From an uncultured beta proteobacterium (lineage in GTDB: Bacteria; Pseudomonadota; Gammaproteobacteria; Burkholderiales; JACQAP01), in NCBI GenBank assembly GCA_963789945.1, contig CAWBMN010000018.1, positions 105,156 through 169,155 on the forward strand: a stretch of 64,000 nt of DNA, in the 5' to 3' direction. The translations under genes and the position numbers were made by a program. This document shows positions 1 through 8,405 of this stretch, piece by piece (position 1 is the stretch's first letter; each line of letters begins with the position of its first letter). Below the pieces are notes generated by a model. That model was not told where the DNA came from. It saw only the letters and a list, made by a program, of their open reading frames with translations, and made no database searches.

Positions 1-880
1 CGTTCGGATTGGCGGCCAGGAAACCCTTCATGTAGTCGAGCGACTTGGCGCGCGACTCGCTGGTCAGCGCCTGCGCCTGGAACAGCGCCGCCGCCTCCCA
101 ATCCGGCCTGATGCGCAATGCTTCGCGTATTTCCGCCAGTGCCGCATCATATTTATTGGCTGCAAGCGCCGCCTGCGCCACCGCGAAGTGTGCCTCCGGC
201 AACTGCCGATACGGCTTGACCAGATCCTTCACCATCGCCAGGACGGCATTCTTGTCCGGGTGCTTGGCCAGCAACGCGTGCAATTGCATCAGCGAAGGCC
301 CGGCGTTGGCGCCCTCGGCGGAGAGAATTTCCTGCAGCAGCGGCCGGGCCGCCTGCAGATTGTTAGTAGTGACGAACAATGCCACCAATGTCTGCCGCGC
401 CGAAGTCGAGCCCTTCTCCGCTGCCAGCCAGATCTTGGCGGCTTCCAGCGCCATCGCGTTCTGCCGCGCGTACAAGGCCAACTCGGTGGCGCGCCGGGCA
501 ATGCGCGGATCGCGCGTGGCCTTGGCCATCTCAAGATAGGCTTGCGCCGCGACCTGATAACTGCCGCGCTGACCTGCGATCTCGGCCAGCAGAAACTTAT
601 AGAGCAGATCCGAATCCAACTCGCGACCGGGCAAGTCGGCCGGGGACAGCGATTGCGTGCCAAAAACGCGCCGGGCGCGTTCCTCGAAACTGTCCTCCGG
701 TCCAGATCCTTCGTCTGGGTCAGTGGCCTGCGCCGACCAGTCCATGGACGCCTCGGAAGCCATCACTCCGTCCGCGGCGAGCACGGGGGAGCCGGTCTGC
801 GCGCCCGGCTGGGCGCAGGCGCTCAGCGCCAGGATGGACGCGGTCAGCAACGGAGCGAGACTGGAAAGCAATGACGGCAT
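1..880 (-). CDS. TPR-repeat lipoprotein (N-terminal part; 3' end cut by window edge)
   Basis: Absent from the ORF track because it runs off the left edge. Hand translation from the ATG at 880 gives MPSLLSSLAPLLTASILALSACAQPG (signal peptide plus LSAC lipobox), then Ala/Leu-rich helical repeats typical of TPR proteins. The + strand ORFs 45..539 and 188..874 look like Ala/Arg-rich antisense artefacts. Confidence 0.6.
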   Translation of the reverse strand, partial: MPSLLSSLAPLLTASILALSACAQPGAQTGSPVLAADGVMASEASMDWSAQATDPDEGSGPEDSFEERARRVFGTQSLSPADLPGRELDSDLLYKFLLAEIAGQRGSYQVAAQAYLEMAKATRDPRIARRATELALYARQNAMALEAAKIWLAAEKGSTSARQTLVALFVTTNNLQAARPLLQEILSAEGANAGPSLMQLHALLAKHPDKNAVLAMVKDLVKPYRQLPEAHFAVAQAALAANKYDAALAEIREALRIRPDWEAAALFQAQALTSESRAKSLDYMKGFLAANPN

Positions 881-1033
881 GGAGTAGTTGGGGCCGTGAA
901 ATAGATTAATGCGCGAGATTGAACTTTAGAGGGCATGGCCACGCGCGAAGTTCTTCAACCCGGAACACAGTTTAGGTATATTTGGCGGCCGTCACAAGTA
1001 ACCCCAACCCATCGGCCGACATTCTGGCGGCAT

Positions 1034-1055
1034 CGCCTTCCGGATCCGGAAGGCG
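1034..1055. repeat. Perfect 22-bp palindrome CGCCTTCCGGATCCGGAAGGCG in a divergent promoter region
   Basis: Read directly from the sequence. It lies 68-89 nt upstream of the ABC operon start at 1123 and has no following T-tract, so it is more likely an operator than a terminator. Confidence 0.5.
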
Positions 1056-1122
1056 CTGAAAACATTAAGGGGTTGCAACAGCAACGGCAGGAACTTCCAC
1101 CATATCCATACAAGGCGAGGGC

Positions 1123-2088
1123 ATGACCACAACGGCAAGCTCTGAACTGACCGTTTCCGCGCAGTCACTGACGCGCACTTACGGCGCCCATCGCGCAGTG
1201 CGCGACGTGTCGCTGGAACTCAGGCGCGGCGAGGTGCTGGGCCTGCTCGGGCCCAACGGCGCGGGCAAGACCACCACCATGCAGATGCTCACCGGCAATC
1301 TTGCGCCGACCAGCGGCGAAGTGCGCATCTGCGGTATTGACCTGATCGACCAGCCCACCCAGGCCAAGTCGCGCATTGGCTATCTGCCGGAAGTGCCGCC
1401 GTTGTACCGGGAACTCAAGGTGGATGAGTACCTGCGGCTGGCAGGGCGCCTGCACAAACTCAGGAAAAGTGTGCTGCTGCCGGCAGTGGAGCGCGCCAAG
1501 AATCGTTGTGGGCTCGCCGACATGGGCAGGCGGCTGATCGGCTCATTGTCGAAGGGCTACCAGCAGCGCGTCGGCATTGCCCAGGCGATCATCCACGATC
1601 CCGACGTGATCATTCTCGACGAGCCCACCGTCGGCCTGGACCCGAATCAGATTCGCGAGATCCGCGCGTTGATACGCGACCTCGGGCGCGATCACAGCGT
1701 CATTCTGTCCACGCACATCCTGCCCGAAGTGGAAGCGGTGTGCGACCGGGTGCAGATCCTGCACCTCGGCGAAGTGGTGTTCTACGACAGCATTGCCGGA
1801 CTCAAGCAGTTTCGCGGCGGCCAGGCCCTGCAAATCGGCCTGCACAAACCACCGCCGATGGCAGAAATCGCCGGCGCGGCCGCCGATGCCGAAGTCGACG
1901 CCGTCAATGCCAACCTGTTCCGGGTGCGGCCTCGCGGCGGCATCGATCCCACAGATTCCCTGGTTCGCGCCGCGGTCGAGCGCGACTGGGGGCTGTATCT
2001 GCTGCAACCAGCGCTGGCAAGCCTGGAAGAGGTGTTCGTCCAGTTGACCCAACGCGAAGACAATCAAGGTGAGGAGGCATCCGCATGA
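1123..2088 (+). CDS. ABC-2 type transporter ATP-binding protein (GldA-like)
   Basis: Walker A GPNGAGKTT, signature LSKGYQQR, Walker B VIILDEP. The stop overlaps the next start (ATGA at 2085-2088). Confidence 0.9.
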   Translation: MTTTASSELTVSAQSLTRTYGAHRAVRDVSLELRRGEVLGLLGPNGAGKTTTMQMLTGNLAPTSGEVRICGIDLIDQPTQAKSRIGYLPEVPPLYRELKVDEYLRLAGRLHKLRKSVLLPAVERAKNRCGLADMGRRLIGSLSKGYQQRVGIAQAIIHDPDVIILDEPTVGLDPNQIREIRALIRDLGRDHSVILSTHILPEVEAVCDRVQILHLGEVVFYDSIAGLKQFRGGQALQIGLHKPPPMAEIAGAAADAEVDAVNANLFRVRPRGGIDPTDSLVRAAVERDWGLYLLQPALASLEEVFVQLTQREDNQGEEASA

Positions 2089-2828
2089 TCTGGACCATCG
2101 TTACCAAGGAGCTGAGAACGCTGTTCGCCTCGCCCCTGGCGTGGGTGGTGCTGGCGTTCCTGCAGATCATCCTGGCGTGGATCTTTCTCACCCGGGTTGA
2201 CTACTTCCTGACCATCCAGGCACAGCTCACGCGCGTGCCGAACGCACCCGGGCTCACTGAAATCGTGGTGGTGCCGATGTTCGGCATCGCCTCGATCGTG
2301 CTGCTGATGTCGGTGCCGCTGCTGACCATGCGCCTGGTGGCCGAAGAGCGCCGTAACCAGACCATGGCCATGCTCATGTCGGCGCCGATTTCGATGACAC
2401 AAATCGTGCTCGGCAAGTTCCTCGCCACGCTGGCCTTCCTCGCCATCGTCGGTGGACTGATTGCGCTGATGGGACTGTCGCTGCTACTGGGCGGGAACCT
2501 GGATCTGGGCTTGATCGCCACCAATCTGCTCGGCCTGTTGCTGCTGACCGGAAGCTTCGCCGCGATCGGCCTGTTCGTATCCTGCCTGACCACCCACCCC
2601 GTGGTGGCGGCAATCGGCACGTTGGCAGCCTTTCTGGCGCTGTGGCTGGCGAACATCGCCGCCTCCGACCCGGAAAGCCCGCTACACCTGCTGTCGCTGC
2701 TGAAGCATTTCGAAACCTTCATGAACGGCTCGATCGCTGTGACCGATCTGATCTACTTTGCGCTGCTGACCGCAACCTTTCTCATCCTTTCGATCCGGCG
2801 TCTCGATGCCGATCGCCTGCGCGCATGA
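2085..2828 (+). CDS. ABC-2 family permease (GldF-like)
   Basis: 247-aa polytopic hydrophobic protein directly coupled to the ATPase gene. The stop overlaps the next start (ATGA at 2825-2828). Confidence 0.85.
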   Translation: MIWTIVTKELRTLFASPLAWVVLAFLQIILAWIFLTRVDYFLTIQAQLTRVPNAPGLTEIVVVPMFGIASIVLLMSVPLLTMRLVAEERRNQTMAMLMSAPISMTQIVLGKFLATLAFLAIVGGLIALMGLSLLLGGNLDLGLIATNLLGLLLLTGSFAAIGLFVSCLTTHPVVAAIGTLAAFLALWLANIAASDPESPLHLLSLLKHFETFMNGSIAVTDLIYFALLTATFLILSIRRLDADRLRA

Positions 2829-4174
2829 AACTGAATCGCAAACTGCGGCTGCAACTGTTGCTCCAGAACGGCTTGTTCGTGGTGCTGCTGCTCGGGCTGG
2901 CGGCCGCCATCGCCTGGGTTACCCGGGACGTCAAGATCCAATGGGATCTGACGCATGGCCAGCGCAACACCCTGTCGCAGGCTTCCGCCGAGGTGCTCAA
3001 CCAGTTGGCCGGACCGGTTACCGTCACGGCCTACGCCACGGCGCAGGATGCCGAGGGCGACGTGCGCAAGACCGTCCAGACCTTCCTTGCGCCCTTCCAG
3101 CGCACTAAGAAGGACTTCACGCTGGAATTCGTCGATCCGCGCGTGCAGCCACAGAAGGCGCAGGCGGCCGGGGTGCGCATGAACGGCGAGCTGGTGGTCG
3201 AGTACAACGGCCGAAACGAACACCTCACCAATCTCACCGAGCAGGAACTCACCAATCTGCTGGTCAGACTGGCGCGCTCTTCGGAGCGCCGGGTGATGGC
3301 ACTGGACGGGCACGGCGAACGCAAGCTCGACGGCCGCAGCAATCACGATCTGGGCGAGTTCGGCAATCAGCTTGCCACCAAGGGTTTCAAGACCGCGGCG
3401 CTGAACCTGGCACAGGCGCAGGATGTTCCGGACAACCTGAGCGTGCTGATCATCGCCGGACCGCGGGTGGACCTGCTGCCCGGCGAAGCAGGCAAGATCA
3501 GGCGCTGGGTGGAGAAGGGCGGCAATCTGTTGTGGCTGATCGACAACGATACGCTGCGTGGACTGCGGCCGCTCGCCGACGAACTGGGCCTGGACCTCAT
3601 TTCCGGTACCGTGGTGGACCCGCGCGCCGGCGGCCTGAACCTGCCGGCGACCTTTGCTCTCGCCACCAGCTACGACAAGCACCGCATCACGGAAAACTCG
3701 ACGGTGACCAGTGTGTTCCCGTATGCGCGCCGCATCGCGGCCAGCGAGGGCACGAAATGGCACTTCCAGCCGCTGGTGGAAGTGGCGAAGGACGGCTGGC
3801 TGGAGACCGGCGGAATCAATGACAAAGTCGCATTCGACCGCAATCGCGACATCGGCGGGCCAATCGTGGTGGCGGCGGCGCTGGAGCGCGACCTTGGCGG
3901 CCGCAAGCAAAGAGTTGTGGTGGCCGGTACCGGCCATTTTCTGTCTAACCAGTATGTGGGGCTGCTCGGCAACCTCGACCTGGGCGTGAACATGGTCAAC
4001 TGGCTGGCCGGAGATGATGCCCTGATCACGGTTCAGCCGCGCCCGCGTCCGGATCTTTCTCTGGAACTGTCGCGCGCGGGACTGGCGCTGATCGGCATCG
4101 GATTCCTGGTGGCCTTGCCGCTGGTCTTCCTGGTTGCTGGCGGCGTGATCTGGTGGCGCCGGCGCAAGGCATGA
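2825..4174 (+). CDS. GldG-like ABC transporter auxiliary protein
   Basis: Start re-picked at MKLNRKLRLQLLLQNGLFVVLLLGL (N-terminal TM). There is a C-terminal TM plus WWRRRKA tail and a large central domain, as in GldG-family proteins. The track start 2642 lies inside the permease gene. Confidence 0.7.
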   Translation: MKLNRKLRLQLLLQNGLFVVLLLGLAAAIAWVTRDVKIQWDLTHGQRNTLSQASAEVLNQLAGPVTVTAYATAQDAEGDVRKTVQTFLAPFQRTKKDFTLEFVDPRVQPQKAQAAGVRMNGELVVEYNGRNEHLTNLTEQELTNLLVRLARSSERRVMALDGHGERKLDGRSNHDLGEFGNQLATKGFKTAALNLAQAQDVPDNLSVLIIAGPRVDLLPGEAGKIRRWVEKGGNLLWLIDNDTLRGLRPLADELGLDLISGTVVDPRAGGLNLPATFALATSYDKHRITENSTVTSVFPYARRIAASEGTKWHFQPLVEVAKDGWLETGGINDKVAFDRNRDIGGPIVVAAALERDLGGRKQRVVVAGTGHFLSNQYVGLLGNLDLGVNMVNWLAGDDALITVQPRPRPDLSLELSRAGLALIGIGFLVALPLVFLVAGGVIWWRRRKA

Positions 4175-5028
4175 AATCAAAAGTCCTGGTGAACCTGGTG
4201 CTGGTCCTGTTGCTGACAGGCCTGGTGCTGTATGCCTTGTTGCGTCCCAAGGAACAGACCGATCCGGGAATTCGCCTAACGCAGCTGAAGCGCGACGAGA
4301 TCAACCGCATTACCGTGGAGCGCCGCGGCAGCCCGACCATCCAGCTGCACAAACGCGACGGCGGCTGGCGCATCAGCGCGCCGCTGCAAACCCGCGCCGA
4401 TTCGATCCAGGTGGAGCGGCTGGCTGACATCGCGACGGCCACCGCCAAGCACAAGTTGCCGTCCGGCGATCCCGGCCGCTATCAACTCGACCCTCCCCAA
4501 GTGAAACTCACGCTCAACGACCAGGCCTTTGCCTTCGGCGGCGTCAACGAGGTCACCTACGAACAGTATGTCGAAACCGCGGGAGCGGTCTATCTGGTGG
4601 CGCCTTTTTACGGCCAGGGCATTCCCACCGGGGTCGGCAACCTGGTGAGCCGCAAACTGCTCGGCGACGCGGAAGTGCCGGTGGCCTTCGACTTCGGCCG
4701 TTACCGCATCGCAAAGGACGAGCGGGGCACCTGGACCATCACGGGTGCATTTCCGGCGCAGCAAGGCAAGACGCTGTCGCAGGACGATTTCAACCGCTGG
4801 GCCGACGAGTGGCGTTTCACCTCCAGTCTCAGCGCGGCGCCGCGCCGCGGCCCGCGCGGCCAGGAGCGCCTGGTGGTGCAACTCAAGGATGGAAGGAAAG
4901 TCACCATGGAAATCGTGCAGAAACAACCGGAGTTTCTGCTGGTGCGCAGCGACGAAAACATGCAGTACCGCCTCGGCGCCGAAGTCGGAAAACGTCTGCT
5001 CGACCCCCGCGTGGTCGCCGAGAAGTAG
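4171..5028 (+). CDS. DUF4340-like membrane-anchored protein, fourth gene of the ABC-2/GldG module
   Basis: Start at MKSKVLVNLVLVLLLTGLVLYALL overlaps the upstream stop (ATGA). An N-terminal TM anchor followed by a soluble domain is the usual partner of GldG-like genes. Confidence 0.55.
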   Translation: MKSKVLVNLVLVLLLTGLVLYALLRPKEQTDPGIRLTQLKRDEINRITVERRGSPTIQLHKRDGGWRISAPLQTRADSIQVERLADIATATAKHKLPSGDPGRYQLDPPQVKLTLNDQAFAFGGVNEVTYEQYVETAGAVYLVAPFYGQGIPTGVGNLVSRKLLGDAEVPVAFDFGRYRIAKDERGTWTITGAFPAQQGKTLSQDDFNRWADEWRFTSSLSAAPRRGPRGQERLVVQLKDGRKVTMEIVQKQPEFLLVRSDENMQYRLGAEVGKRLLDPRVVAEK

Positions 5029-5037
5029 CCGAGACGC

Positions 5038-5853
5038 GTGCCCGAACTGCCCGAGGTTGAAATCACCCGCCGGGGACTGGTCCCGCACCTGATCGGCCGG
5101 CGCGTGGAGACGGTGGTGGTGCGCAACCGCAACCTGCGCTGGCCGATTGCACGCAATCTCGGCACACGGATCAGCGGGTCCACCGTATGCAGCGTGGAAC
5201 GCCGTGCCAAGTATCTGCTGATCGGCTGCGGCAGCGGCTGGCTCATCGTGCACCTGGGAATGTCCGGCAGCCTGCGGGTGCTGCCACGCGCAACCCCGGC
5301 AGGGAAGCACGATCACTTCGACCTGGTGATCGATTCCGGATTGATCGTGCGGCTCACGGACCCCCGCCGCTTCGGCGCGGTGTTATGGGAGGCGCGCGAC
5401 CCTCACGCTCATCCCTTGTTGGCCAATCTTGCGCCGGAACCCCTCGGCACCGAGTTCAATGCCGGCTGGCTGCACGCGCACACCCGCGGCCGCAGTGCCG
5501 CAATCAAGACGGTACTCATGGACAGCCACACCGTCGTGGGGGTGGGCAACATCTACGCCAGCGAGTCGCTATTCCGCGCCGGTATCCATCCGAAAACGGT
5601 GGCCGGCAAAATTTCTCGCGAACGCTGCGATCGTCTGGTCCAAGCGATTCGGGAGACGCTCAGCGCGGCCATCGACGCCGGCGGCAGTACGCTGCGCGAC
5701 TTTGTCGGCTCCGATGGCAATCCCGGTTACTTCCAGCAGAATTACTATGCCTATGGCAGAGGCGGCGAGCCTTGCAGAGTATGCGGCCAGACCATCCGAC
5801 TATTGCGCCAGGGACAGCGTGCGACCTTTTTTTGCCCGCAGTGCCAGCGCTAG
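5038..5853 (+). CDS. mutM: Formamidopyrimidine-DNA glycosylase
   Basis: N-terminus (M)PELPEVE with the catalytic Pro, and a C-terminal zinc finger CRVCGQ...FFCPQCQ. GTG start. Confidence 0.95.
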   Translation: MPELPEVEITRRGLVPHLIGRRVETVVVRNRNLRWPIARNLGTRISGSTVCSVERRAKYLLIGCGSGWLIVHLGMSGSLRVLPRATPAGKHDHFDLVIDSGLIVRLTDPRRFGAVLWEARDPHAHPLLANLAPEPLGTEFNAGWLHAHTRGRSAAIKTVLMDSHTVVGVGNIYASESLFRAGIHPKTVAGKISRERCDRLVQAIRETLSAAIDAGGSTLRDFVGSDGNPGYFQQNYYAYGRGGEPCRVCGQTIRLLRQGQRATFFCPQCQR

Positions 5854-6132
5854 CCCCACCATGGACCCTGTTAATTCGCCGTGAATTCGTTAGTAATGGC
5901 CTACTTTCCCTTGACTAGCCGGGAAAACATCCCGAGAATCGCCCAGTACCGAAGTGCGAAACCGGGCACACAAGCCTGGGTTGGGGGCGTTCCCGCGCCT
6001 CCTGCAGTTTGGCACTTGGAGTGGATCAGGTACGGTAAGTCGCCCGCCTGCCAGCTTTAATCCAAAGAACGACCCAACGGCGACATCGCAGTTTCTTGGG
6101 GAAGAACGAAAAACTTTGAGAGGAAAATCACT

Positions 6133-7878
6133 ATGAACAGCAACACGTCTCGCTTTGCGCGCGCAGCGCTGGCGACGGCATTTTCGGCCGCGCTGCTTGC
6201 CGCCGGAAGTTCCTTCGCCGCCGATGTGGACGCGAAGCGCCTGGTCGATTCGGACAAGGAACCGGGCAACTGGATGAGCTATCACGGCTCCTACAAGTCC
6301 TGGCACTACAGTTCGCTTGATCAAATCAACACGCGCAACGTCAGCAAGTTGACCGAAGCCTGGTCGCACGTCGCCTCGCGCGCCAACCGCGGCCTGCAGG
6401 GCCATCCACTGGCGATCGATGGTGTCCTGTATTACACCAGCCCGTACAACCAGGTCTATGCGCTGGACGGCGCCACCGGCAAGATGATCTGGACCTACAA
6501 ACACAAGCTCAATGAGGATCTGGTCGCACGGCAGACCCACTCGCCGTACAACCGCGGACTCGCGGCCGGTTATGGCAATTTGTACATGGGCACGCTCGAC
6601 GGCAAGCTGGCCGCCATCGACATGAAGACCGGCAAGCTGAACTGGGAGACGAAACTCGTCGATTCGGAGAAGCTGACCGTCGGTTTCACCGGTGCGCCGC
6701 TACTGGTCAAGGACAAGGTGATCATCGGCGCCCAAGGCGGTGAGTGGCCCGATCGCGGACCGATCTTCGGCGTCAACGCCAAGACCGGTGAACAAGTGTG
6801 GCGGTTTTTCACTTCCGGCGGCAACGAGGGCACAGCGTCCGACGCCCTCAAAACCTGGGGTGGAGATTCCTACAAGACCGGCGGCGGCGGCGGATGGATG
6901 GCCGGCAGCTATGATCCGGAAACCGACACGGTATGGTGGGGTACCGCCAACCCGGCGCCGCTGTACGACTGGGCGGGCGACAAGTACATGACTGAAGGTC
7001 CGCGTCCCGGCATCAACCTGTACACCTCTTCGGTTATCCTGCTCAATCCCGATACCGGCGATCTGAAGGCCTTCCACCAGGTGCTGCCGCACGACGCGTG
7101 GGACTTCGACCCGGCGCAAGGCGAGCTGATGATGATCGAGCGCGACGGCAAGAAATACGTCGTGCATCCGAGCAAGAGCGGCTTCGTGTTCGTGTTCGAC
7201 CGCAAGACCGGCAAGCCTGTCAACGTCTACAAGGGCGTGGATGCGATCAACTTCGTCAAGGATATCAAGCCCAATGGCGAACTGGTCGGCCGCTGGGATC
7301 CGCCCGAAGGCAAGCACGTGAACCTGTGCCCGGCCATCGCTGGCGGCTACAGCTGGAATGCGGGCAGCTACAGCCCGAAAACCGGCCTGCTGTACAAAGT
7401 CGGCTTCGAGTGGTGCATGGACCTCGATATCAAGAAGACCGAGCCGATCACCGAACCCGTGGTACAGCTCAACATTGGCGCCGATTTCACCATGCACGGA
7501 CCGGGCAAGGATCCAATGTCGGGCCATATCCGCGCGCGTGATCCGATCACCGGCAAGGTCAAGTACGAGATCAAATACAACGGCGCCACACCGCACGGCG
7601 GCCTGCTGACTACCGGGGGCAACGTGTTGTTCGTGCCGGAGGCCGAGGGCACTCTGGTTGCGTATGACGCCTCCAATGGCAAGAAGCTGTGGAGCCACAA
7701 CCTCGGCCAAGGCAGCAACGGCGGCACCATCACTTACATGGCCAAGGGCAAGCAGTATGTGGCCGTGATGACCGGCTGGGGCAGCTTGGTCGGCGACGGC
7801 TACGGCGAATGGTTTGGTGAACCCTGGAAGAGCATGCCGAAGGACTCTGGCGTGCTAAAGGTGTACGCACTGCCATAA
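6133..7878 (+). CDS. PQQ-dependent dehydrogenase, methanol/ethanol family (XoxF-like organisation)
   Basis: Signal peptide ending SSFAADV, eight-bladed propeller W-motifs, GGEW, and WDFD at 7099..7110. Followed by cytochrome c and MoxJ-like genes. Confidence 0.9.
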   Translation: MNSNTSRFARAALATAFSAALLAAGSSFAADVDAKRLVDSDKEPGNWMSYHGSYKSWHYSSLDQINTRNVSKLTEAWSHVASRANRGLQGHPLAIDGVLYYTSPYNQVYALDGATGKMIWTYKHKLNEDLVARQTHSPYNRGLAAGYGNLYMGTLDGKLAAIDMKTGKLNWETKLVDSEKLTVGFTGAPLLVKDKVIIGAQGGEWPDRGPIFGVNAKTGEQVWRFFTSGGNEGTASDALKTWGGDSYKTGGGGGWMAGSYDPETDTVWWGTANPAPLYDWAGDKYMTEGPRPGINLYTSSVILLNPDTGDLKAFHQVLPHDAWDFDPAQGELMMIERDGKKYVVHPSKSGFVFVFDRKTGKPVNVYKGVDAINFVKDIKPNGELVGRWDPPEGKHVNLCPAIAGGYSWNAGSYSPKTGLLYKVGFEWCMDLDIKKTEPITEPVVQLNIGADFTMHGPGKDPMSGHIRARDPITGKVKYEIKYNGATPHGGLLTTGGNVLFVPEAEGTLVAYDASNGKKLWSHNLGQGSNGGTITYMAKGKQYVAVMTGWGSLVGDGYGEWFGEPWKSMPKDSGVLKVYALP

Positions 7879-7924
7879 GCTGGGGCCGGAACAGTTATAG
7901 TTATATCGGCCGCATGAGCAAGAA

Positions 7925-7952
7925 GGGTGGGGATTCGTCCCCGCCCTTTTTT
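7925..7952 (+). terminator. Rho-independent terminator after the PQQ dehydrogenase gene
   Basis: GGGTGGGGA-TTCG-TCCCCGCCC stem-loop (one G-T wobble) followed by TTTTTT. Confidence 0.7.
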
Positions 7953-8051
7953 CTTGTCAGCGAAATGGTTATCGAAATCGTTAAACTATTTTTTAGTTTG
8001 CAGATAACACTGTGGACGAACAATCTTGAATTGTGCGAAGGACGCCTGCAA

Positions 8052-8405
8052 TTGGAAAAGTTCAACACCGGTACGAATTTTCGAAAGCTGCTAGCATGCC
8101 TGATCATGATCTGCGCCCTGGCCGGACCGGCGTTGGCTGATGAGGCACCCAAGAAGGCTTTTGACGTAAAGTCGACGTTCCGCAACATTTGCGGCTTCTG
8201 CCATGCGGACTACGGGCGCCATGCCAGCAAGGGGCCGCAGTTGATGAATTCCGAACGCACCGACGAGTTTCTGTTCAACCGGATCAAGATGGGGATGCCC
8301 GGGCGCATGGCCGCCTTCGGCAGCGCCTTTAACGACGATCAGATCGGGCAGATCGTCAAATTCATCCGCAATCTCAAACCCGACGAAGAGCCCCAGAATC
8401 CATGA
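8052..8405 (+). CDS. Monohaem c-type cytochrome (XoxG-like by position)
   Basis: Haem motif CGFCH and a distal Met region MGMPGRM. Signal peptide FRKLLACLIMICALAGPALA. The track start 7914 overlaps the upstream terminator, so I prefer the in-frame TTG at 8052 after GAAGGA. The exact start is uncertain. Confidence 0.7.
   Translation: MEKFNTGTNFRKLLACLIMICALAGPALADEAPKKAFDVKSTFRNICGFCHADYGRHASKGPQLMNSERTDEFLFNRIKMGMPGRMAAFGSAFNDDQIGQIVKFIRNLKPDEEPQNP

Noticed and set aside
45-909. Three overlapping + strand ORFs (45..539, 188..874, 379..909)
   Set aside because: All are antisense or out of frame relative to the edge-truncated TPR lipoprotein gene read by hand on the minus strand. Their composition is Ala/Arg/Ser-rich.
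2753-4180. 475-aa - strand ORF
   Set aside because: Antisense to the GldG-like gene, which is embedded in a coupled operon. No motifs.
6010-6024. TGGCAC sigma-54-like -24 element upstream of the PQQ dehydrogenase, and a second TGGCAC at 15924..15929 upstream of rpoH
   Set aside because: In both cases the -12 position (5 nt downstream) reads GTGG or TGAT rather than TTGC/GC, so the bipartite sigma-54 consensus is not met.
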